From the NCBI GenBank assembly GCA_902470895.1, contig CABRID010000001.1, forward strand, positions 1,141 to 65,140: a stretch of 64,000 nucleotides of DNA, written 5' to 3'. Positions 19,355 through 29,011 of the stretch are shown here, one piece after another (within the stretch, counting starts at the first letter, position 1; each line of letters opens with the position of its first letter). Both the position numbers and the translations under genes were made by a program. Under the pieces are notes generated by a model that saw nothing but the letters and a program-made list of their open reading frames with translations, made no database searches and had not been told where the DNA came from. Source of the DNA: an uncultured Collinsella sp. (lineage in GTDB: Bacteria; Actinomycetota; Coriobacteriia; Coriobacteriales; Coriobacteriaceae).

Positions 19355-20320
19355 CTACGAACGACGCGGCTCGGGAACCACGAGTCTATCGGGGCTCGCG
19401 CCCTCGGCATCCATCAGGCTCACGTAGCGAATCGACGGATCCCCATACATCGCGTAGTAATAATTGCCCGTGCGCGCGCTAAAGCATCCGGTGTAGATAG
19501 TCTTCTCGAACTTGCCATCGCCCATCCTGGACGCTCCCTCGATCATCACCACGCCCTCGAGCGAGCGGAACATGCGAACGACGTTTTCGGTCTCGCTCTC
19601 CTTTTGCGGGTAATTGGCATTGAGGTACGCCGCCTTTACAAAACGGCTCGGCGAATAGCAATCGCCCGGAATGCCGCGCATGCCGGCACCGGCTCCATAG
19701 GGCTTGAGCTCGGCGCTACGCCATGTCGCCGTCTGCGGAAAATCGCTTGTGGCGGTGATATAGGTGCGTAGGTTTTCCATATGCCACGGGAAGGTCGGCT
19801 GATTGGCAAGGGTGTCGACCGGATCGTCGTATACATGCAGGCCGTCAGTCATCATCTCGACCACGATGCTGCGCTGGCTGTCGCCGATAATCCAATGGAG
19901 CAGTGACACGCCCAGCCCCTCTCCGGCAGATTTGGCGACAATCACCGTGTCGCGCAGCGCGGCCTCGACCTCATCGACCGTCGAGAACGTCGCTGCCACC
20001 CACAGGGGAAACTCATAGGCCGCGATATTGGTCTTGCCGTCGACAGGGCCCTCGGCATACTCGGCATAACCCGGGAAATTGAGACCCGCCACGGCGAGGC
20101 CCGCATCGTTGCCGCAATCGAAGAACATAGGGTAGTTCCTGTAATCGATGCACATACCGATCACCGCGTGCGCCGCTGTCGCGTCGTCGATAAACGAATA
20201 CGGAATGTGAAACCCGCGCGGCATCACGCGAACCTGTTGGCCGTAGTCAAAGCTCCAGTCGAGATTGCGGCCCAGATACATGTGGCCAGAATTATCGGTA
20301 AATCGAATACTCGTACACAT
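19355..20320 (-). CDS. bsh: Choloylglycine hydrolase (bile salt hydrolase/penicillin V acylase family)
   Basis: Ntn hydrolase start M-C-T; GRNLDW, GLNFPGYA, NQP, PGDCYSPSRF. Confidence 0.88.
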   Translation of the reverse strand: MCTSIRFTDNSGHMYLGRNLDWSFDYGQQVRVMPRGFHIPYSFIDDATAAHAVIGMCIDYRNYPMFFDCGNDAGLAVAGLNFPGYAEYAEGPVDGKTNIAAYEFPLWVAATFSTVDEVEAALRDTVIVAKSAGEGLGVSLLHWIIGDSQRSIVVEMMTDGLHVYDDPVDTLANQPTFPWHMENLRTYITATSDFPQTATWRSAELKPYGAGAGMRGIPGDCYSPSRFVKAAYLNANYPQKESETENVVRMFRSLEGVVMIEGASRMGDGKFEKTIYTGCFSARTGNYYYAMYGDPSIRYVSLMDAEGASPDRLVVPEPRRS

Positions 20321-20461
20321 AGCGCCTCCTAGCTTTACGTTCTTGCTAATTTCATTGTCTCCAAACAAAAAGGCGCTAAACACAAAAGCCCGGACATGAC
20401 AACAATGTCATGCCCGGACTATTCAAACAGGATAAACTCAACCAAGTTAACCCCGCAGGTC

Positions 20462-20570
20462 GTCTAAGGGGTCAAAGTGCCGCAGATTGCCACGAAAGAG
20501 GAGCGAAGCGTACTTAAGGTACGCGAGCGACGATTGAGCGGCAAGGTGCGGTGCTTTGGTCCCCTTAGAC
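20462..20570. repeat. About 110-bp palindromic MITE/REP-like element
   Basis: gtctaaggggtcaaagtgccgca ... tgcggtgctttggtccccttagac arms around a central gcgtacttaaggtacgc hairpin. Confidence 0.65.
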
Positions 20571-20996
20571 CAACTTTCCAAGACAGTGATCGATCATATG
20601 CTGGATCATCTGTGCCTCAAAGCCCGCGTAGTCGCGGCGGCACTCCTTCATCTTGCCGTCGACAATCTGGTCAAAGGCAACCTTGCACTTGATATAGCGC
20701 GTGGACTTGGTGACCTCCCCGTGCGTCAGGCAGCTCTCCTCCATCTTGCTGGCACCCAGGCCAAACACCAGACGGGGGTTGTACAGCACATGGGGCTCGC
20801 CGGCGTCGTCCAGATAGACGCAGACCTTCTTGGTGACGCCGATCTGGTTGGCGGCAAGGCAGCCGGCATCGTCGAGCGACTTGATGGTATCGATCAGGTC
20901 CTGTGCCACCGACTCGTCCTCGACGGTCGCGACCTCGCAACGCTGGGACAGAATAGCCTCGTCGTGGCAGAGCTCTTTAATCATACGTTCCTCCAT
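20565..20996 (-). CDS. Peptide deformylase-like protein with degenerate active site
   Basis: CLAANQIG, EESCLT, QHMIDH (HExxH Glu replaced by Met). Confidence 0.8.
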   Translation of the reverse strand: MEERMIKELCHDEAILSQRCEVATVEDESVAQDLIDTIKSLDDAGCLAANQIGVTKKVCVYLDDAGEPHVLYNPRLVFGLGASKMEESCLTHGEVTKSTRYIKCKVAFDQIVDGKMKECRRDYAGFEAQMIQHMIDHCLGKLV

Positions 20997-21177
20997 AGGG
21001 GTCGTTGTAACTGCTTAAGTATACGGTACCCACACATTTTCATGCGAAAAATACCGTCCGTCTGCTACAAAGCGCCGAACATCAACATGCGAGGAACATC
21101 AACCTTTCAAAGGCGATATAGTAGTTGAGTTCGTGTCAATCGGCCTAAACTCGGGGCCGAACAAGGAAAGGGTATGC

Positions 21178-22488
21178 ATGGACGAACTTTTTCACGTCAG
21201 TGAGCGCAAGTCCACAATCGGGACCGAGCTTCGCGCTGGACTGACAACATTCCTGGCGATGGCCTACATCATCGCCGTCAACCCTGCGGTGCTCTCGGGC
21301 GCCGGCATCGATGCGGGAGCGCTCGCCTGCGCCACCTGCCTGGGCGCCGGCATCATGACCATCTGCATGGGCATCTTCGCCAACCGCCCGCTCGCCTGCG
21401 CGTCGGGCTTAGGCGTCAACGCGATGATCGCCGGAATCACCACCACCGTCTGCGGCGGTGACTGGCACGTGGCCATGAGCGTCATCTTCCTTGAGGGCGT
21501 CGTCATCTTGCTGCTTGTGCTTTGTGGCCTGCGCGAGGCCATCATGGACGCCATCCCGGTTGTCCTGCGTCACGCCATCTCGGTGGGTCTGGGCCTGTTC
21601 ATCGCCATGATTGGCCTGTGCGATGCCGGCATTATCACCGCTGGCGCCGGTACACTCGTCGGTCTGGGCGACATCACCTCCCCCACCTTCATCGTCGGCA
21701 TCATCTCCATCCTGGTGACAGTCGCCCTCGCCTGCCGCAACGTCCCCGGCTCGCTGCTCATCGGCATCGTCGTCGCCGTCATCGCCGGTATCCCCCTAGG
21801 TGTGACCCAGGCTCCGACCGGTATCATCGCCCCGCTCGATTTCTCGAGCATCGGTGGCCCCATCGCCGACGCCGGCGGCGTGCCTGCCATCGTCAAGGTC
21901 CTTACCGACCCCACGCTCCTCGTCATCTCGTTCTCGCTGCTCATGAGTGACTTCTTCGACACCATGGGCACCGCGATGGCCGTGGCCAAGCAGGGCGAGT
22001 TCCTCACCGACGACGGCAACGTCGAGAATATCAAGGAGATCCTGATCGTCGACTCCGCCGCCGCTGCTGTGGGCGGTTTCATGGGCGTCTCCTCCATCAC
22101 CACCTTCGTCGAGTCCACTTCCGGCGCCGCCGACGGTGGCCGCACGGGCCTCACCTCCGTCACCACCGGCGTGCTGTTCATTCTCGCCGCGTTCTTCTCC
22201 CCCATCGTCACCATCGTTTCCAGCGCCGCCACCTGCGGTGCTCTGGTCTACGTCGGCTACCTCATGATGAGCGAAGCCTCCGAGATCGACTGGTCCGACG
22301 TGTCGCAGGGTTTCCCGGCGTTCATGATCGTCGCCGGCGTGCCCTTCACCTACTCCATCTCTGCCGGCATTGGCCTGGGCTTCATCGCCTACGTGATCGT
22401 CGCGCTCTTTAAGGGCGAGGCCTCCAAGATCAAGCCGCTTATGTGGATCGCAGCCCTTGCCTTCCTCGTCTACTTCTTCGTGGCGTAA
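21178..22488 (+). CDS. NCS2/AzgA-type purine permease
   Basis: AGLTTFLAMAYII, DFFDTMGT, FVESTSG..GGRTG, PFTYSIS. Confidence 0.92.
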   Translation: MDELFHVSERKSTIGTELRAGLTTFLAMAYIIAVNPAVLSGAGIDAGALACATCLGAGIMTICMGIFANRPLACASGLGVNAMIAGITTTVCGGDWHVAMSVIFLEGVVILLLVLCGLREAIMDAIPVVLRHAISVGLGLFIAMIGLCDAGIITAGAGTLVGLGDITSPTFIVGIISILVTVALACRNVPGSLLIGIVVAVIAGIPLGVTQAPTGIIAPLDFSSIGGPIADAGGVPAIVKVLTDPTLLVISFSLLMSDFFDTMGTAMAVAKQGEFLTDDGNVENIKEILIVDSAAAAVGGFMGVSSITTFVESTSGAADGGRTGLTSVTTGVLFILAAFFSPIVTIVSSAATCGALVYVGYLMMSEASEIDWSDVSQGFPAFMIVAGVPFTYSISAGIGLGFIAYVIVALFKGEASKIKPLMWIAALAFLVYFFVA

Positions 22489-22515
22489 CGGCATAGTCTG
22501 CTAAAACAAAACAAC

Positions 22516-22556
22516 AAGGCGCGGAATCGCATCGAGCGGCTCCGCGCCTTTCTTTT
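22516..22556 (+). terminator. Rho-independent terminator
   Basis: aaggcgcgga...tccgcgcc stem followed by tttctttt. Confidence 0.75.
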
Positions 22557-22577
22557 AGCGTCTGCCCCCGTGCCAGC

Positions 22578-23291
22578 GTGCGACAATTGAGGCTGTCAAT
22601 ATCACAACACCGAGAGAAGCCTGCCTTGGAAGCGCATCATAAGCAGATAACCGTTTATTCAGAGTGTGCGGAAGGCGCGCCCGTCATCTACCTCCCCGTT
22701 GTCATGGGCGACGGTAGCGAAGTCTACGAGCGCTGCCGAGAGCTCGACTGCCCACCCTTCACCCTTGTCGCCATTGGAGGGCTCGATTGGAATCGCGAGC
22801 TGAGCCCCTGGGAATGTGACGGAACTATACGAGATGCTGAGCCCTTTGGCGGACAGGCTGCTGGTTTTCTTGACGAGTTGTTGAAGCAGATAATCCCCCA
22901 GGCCGAATCATCGCTCCCGCAACCGCCCGCCTGGCGCGGCGTTGCCGGCTACTCGTTGGCGGGTCTTTTTGCACTGTGGGCACTTTGGCAAACAGATGTC
23001 TTTGAGCGCGCGGCGAGTGCGTCGGGGTCGCTGTGGTTCCCCGGCTTTATCGACTACGCGCGCGAGCGCACGATGACAGCTACGCCCGACGCCGCCTATC
23101 TGTCGCTCGGTAAAAAGGAAACCAAAACGCCCAACCGCATGATGCGGCACGTGCTCGACGATACGCGCGCGATGGAAGAGCTGTTTATCGAGCGCGACAT
23201 CCCAACAACGCTGGAGCTCAACCCCGGCAATCACTTTGCCCAAACTGACCTGCGCATGGCGCGCGGCATCCACTGGATACTAACGCATTAA
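22578..23291 (+). CDS. Alpha/beta hydrolase (esterase, IroE-like)
   Basis: GYSLAG nucleophile elbow, SGSLW, NPGNH; start uncertain. Confidence 0.8.
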   Translation: MRQLRLSISQHREKPALEAHHKQITVYSECAEGAPVIYLPVVMGDGSEVYERCRELDCPPFTLVAIGGLDWNRELSPWECDGTIRDAEPFGGQAAGFLDELLKQIIPQAESSLPQPPAWRGVAGYSLAGLFALWALWQTDVFERAASASGSLWFPGFIDYARERTMTATPDAAYLSLGKKETKTPNRMMRHVLDDTRAMEELFIERDIPTTLELNPGNHFAQTDLRMARGIHWILTH

Positions 23292-23351
23292 AAATGGCGT
23301 CCACGCGTACATACGCATGGACGCCATCTATAATTTGGCTGAACGCAGCTA

Positions 23352-24686
23352 CTATTCAGTAGTCTCCTCAAGCTCGGAAGTATCGAACTCAAAGTCATTA
23401 CCGGGCAGGATGGCGTTGAGCACAATGCCCACCAGCGAGCCCACGGCAAGGCCCGAAAGCGAAATCGTCACGCCGCCCAGCTCCAGCACGATGGCACCGG
23501 CGGTACTGTAGGCAATGCCGAGCGAGAGCACGAGCACCAGAGCCGCAACCAGCACATTGCGGTTGTTCTGGAAATCGACCTGGTTTTCGATAAGGTTGCG
23601 AACGCCCACGGCACTGATCATGCCGTAGAGCACGAGCGACACGCCGCCGATAACGCACGCCGGCATAGCAGCGATTACAGCAGCGAACTTGGGGCAGAAC
23701 GAAAGCACGATGGCGCAGCAGGCGGCAATGCGAATCACACGCGGGTCGAACACACGCGTAAGCGCAAGCACGCCGGTGTTCTCGCCATACGTGGTGTTGG
23801 CCGGAGCGCCAAAGAGCGACGCCAAGATGGTCGCCAGGCCATCGCCGAGCAGGGTACGGTGCAGACCGGGATCGGCAATGTAATTGCGTTCGCAGGTAGA
23901 GCCAATGGCGGAGATATCGCCAATGTGCTCAATCATGGTCGCAAAGGCCAGCGGCATGATGGTGATGATAGCCGTCGTGGCAAGACCGCTATCGAACTGC
24001 GGGCCAAAGAGCGCAAACACGGTGTTGTCCCACACGATGGGCAGACCGACCCACGGAGCGGCGGCAGCGCCCGAAAAATCAACCTCGCCCAGCACCGCCG
24101 CGACAGTATAGCTCACCACAACGCCCAGCAAAATCGGCACGATCTTGACCATGCCGCGGCCCCAGATGTTGCAGATGACGATCACGGCCACAGCGACAAC
24201 GGCAACAAGCCAGTTGGTCTGGCAGTTGGCAATGGCAGAGCTCGCCAGGATCAGGCCGATGGAAATGACGATGGGACCGGTCACCACCGGCGGAAAGAAG
24301 CGCATGACACGCTTGGCGCCAAATGCGCGGAACAGCGCCGCCAGCACCGGATAGAGCAGGCCAGCGCAGGCAACGCCCAGGCAGGCGTAGGGCAAAAGCT
24401 CGGCCTCGCCGTTGGGTGCAATGGCGGCATAACCCGCGATAAAGGCAAACGACGAGCCCAGAAACGCGGGCACCTTACCGCGCGATAGAAAATGAAACAG
24501 CAGCGTGCCGATGCCGGCGAACAGAAGCGTCGCCGAAACGGAAAGGCCGGTGAGCACGGGCACCAGCACGGTGGCGCCAAACATGGCAAACAGGTGCTGT
24601 AGGCCGAGCAGGAACATGCGCGGGCGGCCGAGCGACGATGCGTCGTAGATGGCATCGCTGACGGCGGGCGTCGAGGACTGGGACAG
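23352..24686 (-). CDS. Uracil/xanthine permease (UraA/PyrP, NCS2)
   Basis: GLQHLFAMFGATVLVP, EHIGD, NTTYGENTGV; probable CTG start at 24686 (first ATG is 24617). Confidence 0.9.
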   Translation of the reverse strand: MSQSSTPAVSDAIYDASSLGRPRMFLLGLQHLFAMFGATVLVPVLTGLSVSATLLFAGIGTLLFHFLSRGKVPAFLGSSFAFIAGYAAIAPNGEAELLPYACLGVACAGLLYPVLAALFRAFGAKRVMRFFPPVVTGPIVISIGLILASSAIANCQTNWLVAVVAVAVIVICNIWGRGMVKIVPILLGVVVSYTVAAVLGEVDFSGAAAAPWVGLPIVWDNTVFALFGPQFDSGLATTAIITIMPLAFATMIEHIGDISAIGSTCERNYIADPGLHRTLLGDGLATILASLFGAPANTTYGENTGVLALTRVFDPRVIRIAACCAIVLSFCPKFAAVIAAMPACVIGGVSLVLYGMISAVGVRNLIENQVDFQNNRNVLVAALVLVLSLGIAYSTAGAIVLELGGVTISLSGLAVGSLVGIVLNAILPGNDFEFDTSELEETTE

Positions 24687-24808
24687 GGATGTCCTTTCGA
24701 ATGGAAGGGCGATCAGGCATATCGGATAACCTGCCCGAACGATACGATCCGAACCATTGTACGCGATACACTATGCCTCGCACGCGCCGCCACCTGCAAA
24801 CACTAGCG

Positions 24809-25942
24809 CTATTTCCAAACGCGCTCGGCAATGCGCTTGACCAGCGCGATCTTTGCCCATTGCTCATCCTCGGTCAGCTTGTTGCCAATCTCGCAGCTGG
24901 CAAAGCCGCACTGAGGCGACAGATACAGGTTCTCGAGCGGCACGTACTTTGCGGCTTCACGGATGCGCTCGACGATGGCATCCTCGTTCTCGAGCTCTGC
25001 CGCCTTGGTGGTTACCAAGCCCAGCACGACCTTCTTGCCCGGGGCAACGTACTTGAGCGGCTCAAAACCGCCGGCGCGCGGCGTATCGAACTCCAGGTAA
25101 AATGCATCGACATCCTCGTTTGCGAACAGGTACGGCGCGATGGGGTCATAGCCGCCCTCGAAGGCATAGGTGGAGTGGTAGTTGCCGCGGCACACATGCG
25201 TGTTGATGACCAGATCGTCGGGCTTGTCCGCGATGGCGGCATTGTTGAGCGCCACGCCCAGCTCGCTTACCTTTTGCAGGTCGACCGGGCTCATGCCGGT
25301 TTTGGCGACAAAATCGGTGTCGCAGTAGATGCCCCAGGTGCAGTCATCAAACTGGATGTTGCGGCAGCCTGCTGCGTACAGGTCGGCGATCACCGTGCGA
25401 TAAGCGGCTGCGATGGCGTCGGCAAGTTCCTCATCGGTCTTATAGACAGCGCGCAGGCTCTCCTGCTGGCCGTCGCAGCGGTCGAGCGTGACTTCGGAGA
25501 ACGTCTGGATCGGCGCCGGAATGGTTTGCCGCGCGACCTGGCCCTCCCCCTCGAGCGCCTTGACAAATTTAAAGTGCTCGACGAACGGATGGTTCTCGCC
25601 GCTAATGGGGCCGGTTACCACGGCGGTGTCGGCTGTGGTCTCCTCGTCGTGGAACATATAGCCCGTACGCGAGGTACGGCGTTCAATGCCGTTGAGCCCC
25701 CACATAAAGTCGAGGTGCCAGTAACTGCGGCGAAACTCGCCATCGGTAATCACCTGCAGGCCAGCGGACTTTTGCTTGTCCACCAGGTCACGAATGGCCT
25801 CATCCTCGACGGCCTTAAGGCCGGCGGCGTCGAGTGTGCCCGCAGCATAGGCGGCACGGGCGTCCTTTACGGCCTGTGGACGAAGAAAGCTGCCGACGAT
25901 ATCGGCGCGAAACGGCGCGTTCAGCGTGGTTAAAGCACTCAT
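24809..25942 (-). CDS. Cobalamin-independent methionine synthase, single-domain MetE-like
   Basis: VGSFLRP, TDGEFRR, HVCRGN, LEFD, LSPQCGF zinc ligands. Confidence 0.88.
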   Translation of the reverse strand: MSALTTLNAPFRADIVGSFLRPQAVKDARAAYAAGTLDAAGLKAVEDEAIRDLVDKQKSAGLQVITDGEFRRSYWHLDFMWGLNGIERRTSRTGYMFHDEETTADTAVVTGPISGENHPFVEHFKFVKALEGEGQVARQTIPAPIQTFSEVTLDRCDGQQESLRAVYKTDEELADAIAAAYRTVIADLYAAGCRNIQFDDCTWGIYCDTDFVAKTGMSPVDLQKVSELGVALNNAAIADKPDDLVINTHVCRGNYHSTYAFEGGYDPIAPYLFANEDVDAFYLEFDTPRAGGFEPLKYVAPGKKVVLGLVTTKAAELENEDAIVERIREAAKYVPLENLYLSPQCGFASCEIGNKLTEDEQWAKIALVKRIAERVWK

Positions 25943-26031
25943 AGATATCTCCCTTTGCATTGGTTGCTTTACTGGGACAAAGTATGAGCGCTCATATAGC
26001 CATCGTAAAATATACGTTTATAACAGTTTGA

Positions 26032-26048
26032 TATAGATGCTTCCTATA
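26032..26048. promoter_or_regulatory. MET-box-like LysR site (TATAG-N7-CTATA)
   Basis: TATAGATGCTTCCTATA upstream of the metE-like gene, next to an MtaR/MetR-like LysR. Confidence 0.65.
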
Positions 26049-26097
26049 TCAGTTGGGACTGCCATGAAGAGATTTGACCTGTACAGGACGCAGCAGT

Positions 26098-26994
26098 CTA
26101 GATATGCTGACGGATCGCGTCGATATAGGCTTGGCCGTAGCGCGTGAGCGTCGTGTTCTTGCGCGTGATGATGCCAATCTCCATGTACTCGTCTACATCA
26201 AGCGGAATGGAGATGATGCCGGGGCCGTTGAGCTCGTGACTGATCACGCCCGAGCATACCGTGTAGCCGTTAAGGCCCATAGCCAGGTTGAACAGTGTCG
26301 CGCGATCGCGCACGCGGATATTCTTGCGACGCTCAAACGTCGAGGTCAGTTCCTCGGAATAATAAAACGAGTTGTAGCTGCCCTGCTCATAGGACAGGAA
26401 CGGGTAGTCTTCCAAGTCCTCGAGCGTCACACTCGAGCGACCCGCCAACGGATGGTCGGCACACACAAAGACGTGTGGCGTGGCGCAGAAGAGCCCTTCG
26501 AACACGAGCTCGTTGGCCGCCAGCATGCGCTCGATAACCTCGCGATTGTGCTCGGATAAGTACAGGATGCCGAGCTCGCTTTTCATATGCGCGACGTCCT
26601 CGATAATCTCGTGAGTCTGCTCCTCGCGCAGGGTAAAGTCGTAGCGCGCGGCATCGAACTCGCGGATCACGTCAACAAACGCGTTAACGGCAAAGGAATA
26701 ATGCTGGCAGCTCACACTAAAGTGCGGCACCTGCTCGGACGCGCCCTTGTACTTGCCTTCGAGCAGATCCGCCTGATCGAGCACCTGGCGCGCGTAGCCC
26801 AAGAAGGTCTCGCCCTCCTCGGACACAATGACACCCTTGTTGGTGCGCTCAAAGATGTGCACACCCATCTCGTTTTCGAGATCGCGGATCGACGCGGTAA
26901 TCGAAGGCTGCGACACAAAGAGCCGGCGCGAGGCCTCGGTGATGCTGCCGCATTCGGCAACTTTGACGACATACCTGAGCTGTTGAAGCTTCAT
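26098..26994 (-). CDS. LysR-family regulator, MtaR/MetR/CmbR-like
   Basis: MKLQQLRYV, SCQHYSFAVNAF, YEQG..NSFYYSEE, DRATLFNL. Confidence 0.88.
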   Translation of the reverse strand: MKLQQLRYVVKVAECGSITEASRRLFVSQPSITASIRDLENEMGVHIFERTNKGVIVSEEGETFLGYARQVLDQADLLEGKYKGASEQVPHFSVSCQHYSFAVNAFVDVIREFDAARYDFTLREEQTHEIIEDVAHMKSELGILYLSEHNREVIERMLAANELVFEGLFCATPHVFVCADHPLAGRSSVTLEDLEDYPFLSYEQGSYNSFYYSEELTSTFERRKNIRVRDRATLFNLAMGLNGYTVCSGVISHELNGPGIISIPLDVDEYMEIGIITRKNTTLTRYGQAYIDAIRQHI

Positions 26995-27004
26995 GATGGC
27001 CTCC

Positions 27005-27913
27005 CTAGACGTCCGCGATACCCGAACCCGCCGCATCTGCCTGACGCATAAACGACGGCATCTCCCCCGTCGCGGCGCAGGCGGCAATCTGATGCAGAGC
27101 CCCGGCAACCGCATCGTCTGCCGCAGCGCCGATATGCCAGCGCGCGGCAGCCGTGACGGCCTCGTTGGCATTGGCGACTGCAACGGAGTTGGGGACGGCA
27201 CCGATCATGGGCAGGTCGTTATCGGAATCGCCAAATACGGCCACCTCGTCGGACGTCAGGTCCAAAGCGCGCGCCAGCTCCAGCGCAGCGCAACCCTTGT
27301 CCCAACCTGCTGGAAGAATGTCGAACAGGCGCACACGATTGTTGGGAAACACGAGCGAGAGTTCCGGCACCTCAGCGGCAACGCGCTCGCGTAGCTCCGC
27401 GAGCTCCTCACGCGAACGAGCACTCCAGATATTCGCCTTGAACACCGGCGCGTCATCGACGACGGGACGGCACGGGGCCTCTTCGCCCTTGAGCCACGCG
27501 TTGCCACCCGACTCCATAGCGCGACGCACGCGCTCGGGGTCGCTCGTCACGCAATAGGCATCGTTATCCCAAAAGTCATCACCCAGGCTGTAGACCTTTA
27601 GATAGGTATCGTCGGTCTCTTGCTCGAGGTAATCGGCCAGACGCATCAGGGCATCGTTGTCGGTCGCGCGCGAAGCGATCGCCTGACCGTCGACAAACAT
27701 AACCTGGCCGTTACAGAACGCACCAGTCGAAAAGCACTCGGCGCGATTGCGGAACATCCAGCCCATCGCAGACGGCTGGCGACCCGAAACCGGGCCAAAG
27801 TGCAGACCCGCCGCCTGCATGGCATGAATGCCCTCGATGGCGTAGTCGCTGGCGCCGTCATGCCCGGCTGGAATCAACGTATCGTCCATATCGGTCAGCA
27901 CAAGTTTTATCAT
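27005..27913 (-). CDS. Cof-type HAD-IIB hydrolase
   Basis: DMDDTL, SGR, KG, FGDSDND motifs. Confidence 0.88.
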   Translation of the reverse strand: MIKLVLTDMDDTLIPAGHDGASDYAIEGIHAMQAAGLHFGPVSGRQPSAMGWMFRNRAECFSTGAFCNGQVMFVDGQAIASRATDNDALMRLADYLEQETDDTYLKVYSLGDDFWDNDAYCVTSDPERVRRAMESGGNAWLKGEEAPCRPVVDDAPVFKANIWSARSREELAELRERVAAEVPELSLVFPNNRVRLFDILPAGWDKGCAALELARALDLTSDEVAVFGDSDNDLPMIGAVPNSVAVANANEAVTAAARWHIGAAADDAVAGALHQIAACAATGEMPSFMRQADAAGSGIADV

Positions 27914-27950
27914 AAGGCCCCCATTCGTATCGGTCCTACCTATTGTAACG

Positions 27951-27985
27951 ACCTGCCAAAATAAACCTGTCCCTTTTTGGCAGGT
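27951..27985. repeat. REP-like hairpin
   Basis: acctgccaaaataaacctgtccctttttggcaggt; 34/35 identical copy at 44620-44654. Confidence 0.85.
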
Positions 27986-28009
27986 GCGTTAGTATAGGGA
28001 ACAACAGAT

Positions 28010-28105
28010 TCGATGCGGGAGTGCCGGCGGTGCAAACCACAAGGCTGAGAGGGCATAGGGCCCAATCCTTTGAACCTGTCAGTTAATGCTGGCGTAGGGA
28101 GCATG
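28010..28105 (+). ncRNA. TPP riboswitch
   Basis: GGGAGTGC..GGCTGAGA..TGAACCTG..TAATGC..GCGTAGGGA consensus upstream of thiM. Confidence 0.93.
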
Positions 28106-28168
28106 CCGCCTTTACAGGGGCGCTGTCTATGCACAGCGCCCCTTTTCTATGCCAAGGAGGCATGTGCA

Positions 28169-29008
28169 GTGATTGATTCGGAACAGCTTAAGCAACATAT
28201 GGTCAAGGCCGTAGAGGAGATTCGAGCCACCAATCCGATGGCCGGCTCCATCACCAACACGGTGACGATCGACTTTGTCGCCAACGCGCAGCTCGCCGTG
28301 GGCGGTTCGGCCGCCATGGTCTATCTGCCCGACGAGGGCGAGGCGCTCGTTGCCGGCGGCGGCGCCATCTATCTCAACATGGGCACGCTCTTCCCCATCT
28401 ACGAGCAGACGATTCCCCGCGCGGCCAAGGCGGCACACGACGCCGGCAAGCCCTGGGTGCTCGATCCGGTGGGTCTGGGCATCGGTAGCCTGCGCACCCA
28501 GCTGGTAAACGAGCTCAAGCAGTACAAGCCCGCCATCGTACGCGGCAACGCCTCCGAGATCATCGCACTCTCCGGCCTGTGGGGTCTTGAGGGCGAGTCG
28601 GCCGATCTGAGCCGCGTACGTGGTGTCGATACCACCGACACGGTCGACGCCGCCCGCGGCGCCGCCGTGGCGCTCGCTCGCTACACCGGCGGCGCCGTTG
28701 TGGTCTCGGGCGAAGTCGACCTGATTACCGACGGCACGACCGTGGCCAAATCCCACGGCGGCAGCCCGCTCATGTCCAAGATCACCGGCTGCGGTTGCTC
28801 GCAGGGCGGCGTGCTGGCCGTGTACGCCTGTGCTACCGATCCGTTTACGGCAGCAGTCTGCGGCACCGCCGTCTACAACGTTGCCGGCACGCGCGCCGCC
28901 GCCGTCGCCGATGCCCCGGCAAGCTTTAAGGTCGCCTTTATCGACGAGCTCTACCGCGCAACCGCCCAGGATATTGCCGACAACCGACTCGAGCTCGAGG
29001 AGGCATAA
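28169..29008 (+). CDS. thiM: Hydroxyethylthiazole kinase
   Basis: ITNTV..ANAQLA.G, LDPVG, RGNASEI, GVD, ITGCGC. Confidence 0.93.
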   Translation: MIDSEQLKQHMVKAVEEIRATNPMAGSITNTVTIDFVANAQLAVGGSAAMVYLPDEGEALVAGGGAIYLNMGTLFPIYEQTIPRAAKAAHDAGKPWVLDPVGLGIGSLRTQLVNELKQYKPAIVRGNASEIIALSGLWGLEGESADLSRVRGVDTTDTVDAARGAAVALARYTGGAVVVSGEVDLITDGTTVAKSHGGSPLMSKITGCGCSQGGVLAVYACATDPFTAAVCGTAVYNVAGTRAAAVADAPASFKVAFIDELYRATAQDIADNRLELEEA

Positions 29009-29011
29009 GCC

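Noticed and set aside
21000..21177. Purine riboswitch before the NCS2 permease
   Set aside because: No three-way-junction consensus; only a single hairpin near the RBS.
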